IMG/VR virus record: IMGVR_UViG_3300048834_000122 | Span: 1-54,132 of that record | Length of the DNA: 54,132 nucleotides | Source: a virus | Direction: 5' to 3' (one strand) | Shown here: positions 49,330 to 54,132 of the stretch, one piece after another | Layout of the letters: each line of letters opens with the position of its first letter | Numbering within the stretch: position 1 is the stretch's first letter | Program-made: the position numbers and the translations under genes | The notes under the pieces: generated by a model | The model's input: the letters and a program-made list of their open reading frames with translations, nothing else | What the model was told of the DNA's origin: nothing | Database searches by the model: none

Positions 49330-49671
49330 ATGAACCAACTCGCGCTCTCCCTCGAACCCGGTCTATCCCAGCGCTACCGCGACATGCGGGAGTGTTTCGC
49401 GGCCTGCGTCTACCAGCGAGGCCTGGGCCGAGTGGCCGGTGCGATCGACGTTGCGCCCTCGAACCTGTCCGCCATGTTGTCGGGCGAGCGCAACCTCGAC
49501 CCCGGACTGATCGAGCGGTACATGGCCGAGTTCAAGGACACGACGCCGGCGATGTACTGGACCGCGCGCTGGCTCCAGGACGCCTCGTCCCGCCAGCAGC
49601 AGGCGATGGCCGCGCTGCCCGGCCTGGTCGACCAACTGAACCGCCTGATGGCGGAATCGGGTTCGGCATGA
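49330..49671 (+). CDS. Putative CII-like regulatory protein
   Basis: Position after cro. HTH-like GRVAGAIDVAPSNLSAMLSGERN. Recalled resemblance to 186-type CII only. Confidence 0.35.
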   Translation: MNQLALSLEPGLSQRYRDMRECFAACVYQRGLGRVAGAIDVAPSNLSAMLSGERNLDPGLIERYMAEFKDTTPAMYWTARWLQDASSRQQQAMAALPGLVDQLNRLMAESGSA

Positions 49672-49844
49672 ACCGCGCCGACAACCTGGCACGCATCGAG
49701 CGCTGCCGCCGAATCCTTGCCGGTACCGAGTCCGTGCCGGTCGCTGAACTGAAGCAGTTCCCGCAACTGGTCGCAGCGGAATACGCGCGCGCTGAGGCTC
49801 GTCGGGCGCCGACACCGCAGCTGAGGCTGGCGGAGGTCGCTTGA
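49668..49844 (+). CDS. Small hypothetical protein (58 aa)
   Basis: ATGA overlap with the upstream gene. Confidence 0.45.
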   Translation: MNRADNLARIERCRRILAGTESVPVAELKQFPQLVAAEYARAEARRAPTPQLRLAEVA

Positions 49845-50710
49845 ACTACTACGAACACCACCTCGGCGACTACGCGCAGGCGACCGCGCACCTCACATTC
49901 GTTGAGGACGCGGCCTATAGCCGGATGCTCCGGAAGTATTACGCCGAGGAGAAGCCGCTCCCCGTTGAACTGCGCGCGGTCCAACGCCTAGTTGCCGCGC
50001 GCACCGACGAAGAGCGGGAAGCCGTCGAAGTCGTGCTGGCTGAGTTCTTCACCCTGGAATCGGACGGCTGGCACAACAAGCGGGCCGACAAGGTGATCGA
50101 GGCGTACCACGGCAAACAGGTCGAGGCCGACGCCAAGCGGGACAACGAGGCGGAACGGCAGCGCCGTCACCGCGCGCGTCGCAAGGAACTGTTCGACGCC
50201 CTGCGTTCGTACGGCGAAGTCCCGAAGTTCGACACGACGATGTCCGACCTTGAAGCGATGTTGTCACGCGTTACGGATGGGGTCGGTCACGCGTTACTTA
50301 CGGAACCTGTCACGCGTGATGCAACGGCTAACCAATCACCAGTAACCAGTAACCAAACACCAGAAGATCAAAAGAAGGCACGGGCTGCGCCCGCTCGCCC
50401 TGATGACGTGCTTGAGCAGACCTGGAAAGACTGGCTAGCCCTGCGAAGGGCCAAGAAAGCACCCGTGACCGAAACGGTGCTGAAGCAGGCGAAGGCTGAA
50501 GCCGAAAAGGCCGGTCTACCGCTGACCCGCTTCCTCGAAATCTGGTGCGCCCGCGGTTCCCAAGGCTTGCAGGCCGATTGGCTGAAACCGCACGAGCGAG
50601 CCGGGCCTGACCAACGAGGGCGACCGTCCACCTCGGCCAACTTCCGCGACAAAACCTACACAGGAACCAATCTCGATGACCTCCCAGCCAGCCTCAGACC
50701 AGCAGCCTGA
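49841..50710 (+). CDS. DUF1376 (YdaU)-type replication initiation/primosome protein
   Basis: N-terminal NYYEHHLGDYAQATAHLTFVEDAAYSRML is the DUF1376 hallmark. TTG start. Iterons lie inside the gene. Confidence 0.7.
   Translation: MNYYEHHLGDYAQATAHLTFVEDAAYSRMLRKYYAEEKPLPVELRAVQRLVAARTDEEREAVEVVLAEFFTLESDGWHNKRADKVIEAYHGKQVEADAKRDNEAERQRRHRARRKELFDALRSYGEVPKFDTTMSDLEAMLSRVTDGVGHALLTEPVTRDATANQSPVTSNQTPEDQKKARAAPARPDDVLEQTWKDWLALRRAKKAPVTETVLKQAKAEAEKAGLPLTRFLEIWCARGSQGLQADWLKPHERAGPDQRGRPSTSANFRDKTYTGTNLDDLPASLRPAA
50263..50378. repeat. Candidate origin: three iterons at 23-bp phase plus an A/T-richer tract
   Basis: GTCACGCGTTAC (50263), GTCACGCGTTAC (50286), GTCACGCGTGAT (50309), then caccagtaaccagtaaccaaacaccagaagatcaaaagaagg. 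Confidence 0.6.
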
Positions 50711-51467
50711 CGACCAGCGCACCGAGCCGGCGCGCTGCGAGCAGCACGGCGACTTCATCCAGCGCGTGATGCGCATGTTCGGCGGGTCCGAGCATCGCAG
50801 CACCTGCCCAACATGTCTCGCGGAGTCAGCCGCGAAGCGCGAGGAGCGCGAGCGCGAGGAAAAGGCGAAGGCGCACGAACACCGCGTGGCGGACTTGCTC
50901 GACGCTTCCGGCATCCCGCTTCGCTACCGCTCGGCCACGCTCGATAGCTACCTGGCGAAACACCGGGGCCAGAAGATGGTGCGCAGCATCTGCGAGCGCT
51001 ACGTCGACGACTGGCCAACGCACTGGAACGACGGACGCTCCCTGACCTTCGTCGGTGGTCCAGGCACCGGCAAGACGCACCTTGCCTGCGCAGTGGCGAA
51101 CGCGTTGATCGAACACCGGGAAGTGCGGGTGCGCTTTGATACCGCTTCCGGAATGCTTCGCGAGATCCGCTCAACGTACCGGCGCGGCAGCGAGCGATCC
51201 GAAGCGGACGTGATGGACGAGTACGTCAGCTGTGACCTGCTGATTCTCGACGAGATCGGCGTGCAGCTGGGTAGCGAGTACGAAAAGACGGTCATGTTCG
51301 AGGTGATCAACGAGCGTTACCAAAGCGTTCTTCCGACGATCCTGGTGTCGAACCTCGACGCTGACGAGTTGGAAACCTTCCTCGGCCAGCGCGTGATGGA
51401 CCGGCTCCGCGAAATCGGGGCGATCGTGGCGTTCGATTGGGACAGCTACCGCGGGAAGCGCGGCTGA
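50676..51467 (+). CDS. DnaC/IstB-like helicase loader ATPase
   Basis: Walker A GGPGTGKTHLA, Walker B LLILDEIG. Confidence 0.88.
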   Translation: MTSQPASDQQPDDQRTEPARCEQHGDFIQRVMRMFGGSEHRSTCPTCLAESAAKREEREREEKAKAHEHRVADLLDASGIPLRYRSATLDSYLAKHRGQKMVRSICERYVDDWPTHWNDGRSLTFVGGPGTGKTHLACAVANALIEHREVRVRFDTASGMLREIRSTYRRGSERSEADVMDEYVSCDLLILDEIGVQLGSEYEKTVMFEVINERYQSVLPTILVSNLDADELETFLGQRVMDRLREIGAIVAFDWDSYRGKRG

Positions 51468-52903
51468 TGGATGGAGGCCGCCACGTGGTCGAGCACCTTC
51501 GCATTCCGCCGCAGGACATAGCGGCCGAGCAGGCGGTGCTGGGCGGGCTGATGCTCGACCCGCGCGCCTACGACCGCATCGAGGACATGCTCACGCCGGC
51601 CGACTTCTACCGGCACAACCACGCGCTCACGTTCCAGGCGATCAAGGCGCTGCGGGATAAGCGCAAGCCGACGGACGCGGTCACGGTGGGTGATTGGTTC
51701 CAAAGCCACGGCAAGGCCGACGAGGTCGCCGGCGGTGCCTACCTGGTCGAGATGGCGTCTAACACGCCGAGCGCGGCGAACATCCGCGCATACGCCGAGA
51801 TCGTCGCGGACATGGCGACGCGTCGGAAGCTGATCGATATCGGCAGCAGCATCGTCAACGACGCTTTCGAGCCGGGCGGCCGCGACACGCTCGACCTGGT
51901 CGGCCAGGCCCAAACCCGCTTCGGCGGTCTGCTCGACGCGCAGCCCTGCGAACTGGAGCCGGTGGCACCGGTCATGGCCCGCGTGTTCGACCGCCTCACC
52001 GAGCGTTGCAGCAGCGACGGCGGCATCGATGGCCTGACAATCGGCATCGACGACTTCGACGCGCTGGTGAACGGCCTGAAGGGTGGCCAGCTGGTCATCA
52101 TCGCGGCGCGGCCGAAGATGGGGAAAACCACGCTCGCGCAGAACGCCGCCGAGCACATCGCGCTTCATCACCAGAAGCCCGTCGCGTTCTTTAGCTTCGA
52201 GATGCGGCCCGAGGAACTGGGCGACCGCCTGCTTTCCAGCCAGGGCGACATCGACGCCGAGCGGATCCGCCGCGGCACGCTCGACGATGCGGACTGGGCA
52301 AACGCCTCGGCCGCGATCCAGAAGCTGCGCTCCGCCAGGATCTACATCACCCGCCCGCGCACCGCGCGCGTCGCCCACGTGTGCGCCCAGGCACGCCGGC
52401 AGCACGCGAAGTCGCCGCTCGGCCTGATCGTGATCGACTACCTGCAGCTGATGGAGACCGGCGGCGACAACCGGGCCCAGGGAATCTCCGACATCACCCG
52501 CGCGCTGAAGTTGCTGGCGGTCGAGTTGGACGTGCCGGTGATCCTGCTGTCGCAGTTGAACCGCGACCTCGAGAAGCGCGACAACAAGCGGCCGATCCCG
52601 GCCGACTTGCGCGACTCAGGCGCCATCGAGCAGGACGCCGATGTGGTGGTGTTCATCTACCGGGACGAGATCTACAACAAGGCGAGCCGCTACGCCGGCA
52701 CCGCTGAACTGATCGTCGCCCTGCAGCGCAACGGCCCGCCGGGTGACTGCCGCGTCCTGTATCGCGGCGACCGCTTCCGGTTCGAGAACCTGCCAATCGG
52801 CTGGGAGCCGGCACCGCTGCCGACGAAGGTGGAAGGCGAGGGCAAGGCCCGCGGAATGCGGCGCAGTGCGAGCGCGAAAGACGCAGCGGCTGGTGTCGAC
52901 TGA
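51467..52903 (+). CDS. dnaB: Replicative DNA helicase DnaB
   Basis: PPQDIAAEQAVLGGLMLD..., Walker A ARPKMGKTTLA, and ...VIDYLQLM...LSQLNR. Confidence 0.95.
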   Translation: MDGGRHVVEHLRIPPQDIAAEQAVLGGLMLDPRAYDRIEDMLTPADFYRHNHALTFQAIKALRDKRKPTDAVTVGDWFQSHGKADEVAGGAYLVEMASNTPSAANIRAYAEIVADMATRRKLIDIGSSIVNDAFEPGGRDTLDLVGQAQTRFGGLLDAQPCELEPVAPVMARVFDRLTERCSSDGGIDGLTIGIDDFDALVNGLKGGQLVIIAARPKMGKTTLAQNAAEHIALHHQKPVAFFSFEMRPEELGDRLLSSQGDIDAERIRRGTLDDADWANASAAIQKLRSARIYITRPRTARVAHVCAQARRQHAKSPLGLIVIDYLQLMETGGDNRAQGISDITRALKLLAVELDVPVILLSQLNRDLEKRDNKRPIPADLRDSGAIEQDADVVVFIYRDEIYNKASRYAGTAELIVALQRNGPPGDCRVLYRGDRFRFENLPIGWEPAPLPTKVEGEGKARGMRRSASAKDAAAGVD

Positions 52904-53466
52904 TGACCGCCCAGACCTACGTCGAGAATAAGGCCGCCAAGCGCGCGCGTCGGCCGATCTACGCATCTATCCGCCACGTCGCCGACATGGAGACCGGCGA
53001 GGAACGGCTGGGCATTCTGGCGATGCATCCCATCGACCGTCGACTGCTGAAGGAACGCGGCTACAAGGTCGGCGACGAGTTGCGCATCGAGATCAAGCGC
53101 AAGCGGAACACTGGCTTCCATCGCCTGTTCCACGTGATCGGACACCTGCTGGTCGACAACGTTGAAGGCTTCGAGCATCGCAGCGCACACGAAGCGATCA
53201 AGCATGTGCAGACCCTGTCCGGCACCTGCTGCGAATCCCAAATGGTCGACATGGGGACGATCAAGTTCGGCGACATCTCTGTGCCTGTCGGCCTGGTACC
53301 GGTCAACGTGCCGCGGAGCATGGCCTTCGACGAGATGGACGAGGACGAGGCCAGGCTGCTGTTCGACGGGATCACCGGCTACATCGGCGCCAACTACGCG
53401 CACGTGATGCTCGACGAGATCCGCGCCGAGTTCTGGCTGATGGTCAACGGGGAGCAGGCCGCATGA
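52903..53466 (+). CDS. DUF1367-like phage protein
   Basis: ...NTGFHRLFHVIGHLL...PRSMAFDEMDEDEARLLFDGI (recalled family resemblance). Confidence 0.45.
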   Translation: MTAQTYVENKAAKRARRPIYASIRHVADMETGEERLGILAMHPIDRRLLKERGYKVGDELRIEIKRKRNTGFHRLFHVIGHLLVDNVEGFEHRSAHEAIKHVQTLSGTCCESQMVDMGTIKFGDISVPVGLVPVNVPRSMAFDEMDEDEARLLFDGITGYIGANYAHVMLDEIRAEFWLMVNGEQAA

Positions 53467-53876
53467 AGCGCCGCTATCGCGCCATCGGCTCGCCCACGAA
53501 AGCGCAGCAGGCGCAGCAGGACCTGCAGCGCGCGCACGGCTGCGCGGCCTGTCTGCTCCGTGGCAACCGCACCGCCTGCGGCCCGGTCCGGATCCATCAC
53601 CGCACCGTCGGCGACCTGCACGGCAACAAGCAACTGGGGCAGGACCACACCGTCGCGCTTGGCGACTGGCACCACCAGGGCGTGCTGATGGAAGACCGCA
53701 GCAGCTTTCACCTGCGGCTGCTCACGGTCGACCAGATGCGCGAGCGTTTCGGCCCGAGCCTGCACCACCACAAGCGCGATTTCGTGACGTGGATTCAGGA
53801 CGTGCTGGGCGAGCGGTCTACGGCGGCGCTGCAGCGGTGGCAGGACGAACAGATTCAACAGAAATATGCCGCGTAA
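53463..53876 (+). CDS. Ref-like (RecA-dependent) HNH-type nuclease
   Basis: GCAACLL...PVRIHHRTVGDLHGNKQLGQDHTVALGDWHHQG resembles the Ref family metal-binding pattern. Confidence 0.45.
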   Translation: MKRRYRAIGSPTKAQQAQQDLQRAHGCAACLLRGNRTACGPVRIHHRTVGDLHGNKQLGQDHTVALGDWHHQGVLMEDRSSFHLRLLTVDQMRERFGPSLHHHKRDFVTWIQDVLGERSTAALQRWQDEQIQQKYAA

Positions 53877-53908
53877 CCGAGTTTCAACCACAACCAACGG
53901 AGAGAGCC

Positions 53909-54132
53909 ATGAACTGGATCATCGAACGCACACCCGAGTGGAATAGCTGGATGGCGCTGTTCCTGTACTGGATGCCGCTGGCGTTGTGCGCCTATGGCTA
54001 CACCGTCGAGTTCATCCAGAAATACCGGAAGGAACTGCAATCTCGTGCCAAGGCCGAAGCCGACGCGAAGGACTATTACTTCCCATCGCTGACGCTCGGC
54101 TGGATCGTCGGCCACGTCGTGCTGGCGCTGAT
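53909..54132 (+). CDS. 5' part of the junction-spanning 2-TM membrane protein gene (continues at 1..245)
   Basis: ATG 53909 preceded by GGAGAGAG. Sequence MNWIIERTPEWNSWMALFLYWMPLALCAYGYTVEFIQKYR.... Confidence 0.7.
   Translation, partial: MNWIIERTPEWNSWMALFLYWMPLALCAYGYTVEFIQKYRKELQSRAKAEADAKDYYFPSLTLGWIVGHVVLAL
54006..54132. repeat. End overlap, identical to 1..127
   Basis: Same 127 nt as the window start. Confidence 0.95.

Larger units (their letters stand above)
1..54132. mobile_element. Complete temperate phage genome (siphovirus-type, lambda-like organisation), circular contig with unit length 54005 bp
   Basis: Contains integrase/attP/excisionase, repressor/cro, replication, Q-like, lysis, terminase, HK97-type head and long-tail modules. 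Both ends share an exact 127-nt overlap and an ORF reads across the junction in frame. Confidence 0.9.

Noticed and set aside
54006-54132. The 127-bp identical ends as a biological direct terminal repeat.
   Set aside because: The exact length of 127 matches a usual assembler k-mer, and a gene reads through the junction. This is more parsimoniously an assembly signature of a circular or permuted genome. The true termini are probably near 6.5 kb.
1-54132. Retron, DGR, CRISPR-Cas, restriction-modification or toxin-antitoxin pairs as the hidden system.
   Set aside because: No reverse transcriptase, cas, restriction endonuclease or recognisable toxin motifs were seen in any frame. The only methyltransferase genes are an orphan DNA MTase and a small-molecule/protein-type SAM MTase.

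Overview
The window is one complete, circularly closed genome of a temperate, lambda-organised siphovirus-type phage or excised prophage. G+C is high by eye, which suggests a proteobacterial host, but the host cannot be assigned from the sequence. The last 127 nt (54006-54132) exactly repeat the first 127 nt, so the unit genome is 54005 bp, and one gene (53909 -> 245) spans the junction.

Map:
- Immunity region at 47.5-48.9 kb, with a repressor and a divergent cro-like gene. One 14-bp palindromic operator family occurs 3 times at OR and 2 times at PL.
- Rightward early operon: cII-like gene, DUF1376-type initiator with internal iterons, DnaC-like loader, DnaB helicase, then a nin-like set (RuvC-like, PD-(D/E)xK-like, HNH-AP2, Q-like antiterminator).
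- Late promoter plus terminator, and a tRNA-Thr(UGU).
- Lysis genes, HNH, TerS and TerL.
- HK97-type head, with protease fused to capsid and the portal after the capsid.
- Tail with a -1 frameshift chaperone, tape measure and an RcGTA-like tip set (g12/g13/NlpC-P60/1614-aa host-specificity protein), then a DUF2793-like fibre.
- A small cargo region.
- P4-type integrase, attP, an AlpA-type excisionase, and a roughly 10 kb leftward early operon (orphan DNA methyltransferase, RecT/YqaJ recombination genes, many small proteins).

Most unusual content:
1. A roughly 7 kb island (14.0-21.0 kb) wedged between the head-tail connector genes. It carries four putative glycosyl/sugar transferases, a ParB-like protein, a SAM methyltransferase and a 792-aa LamG-domain protein.
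2. A 36-bp tandem array encoding an Ala-rich tetrapeptide repeat in the first PL gene.
3. A textbook attP with arm repeats, a tRNA/tmRNA-type 3' end and its own terminator.
4. Two perfect inverted DnaA-box consensus 9-mers next to the presumed cos region.

All functional calls rest on motifs read by eye and recalled family signatures. No searches or computations were run.
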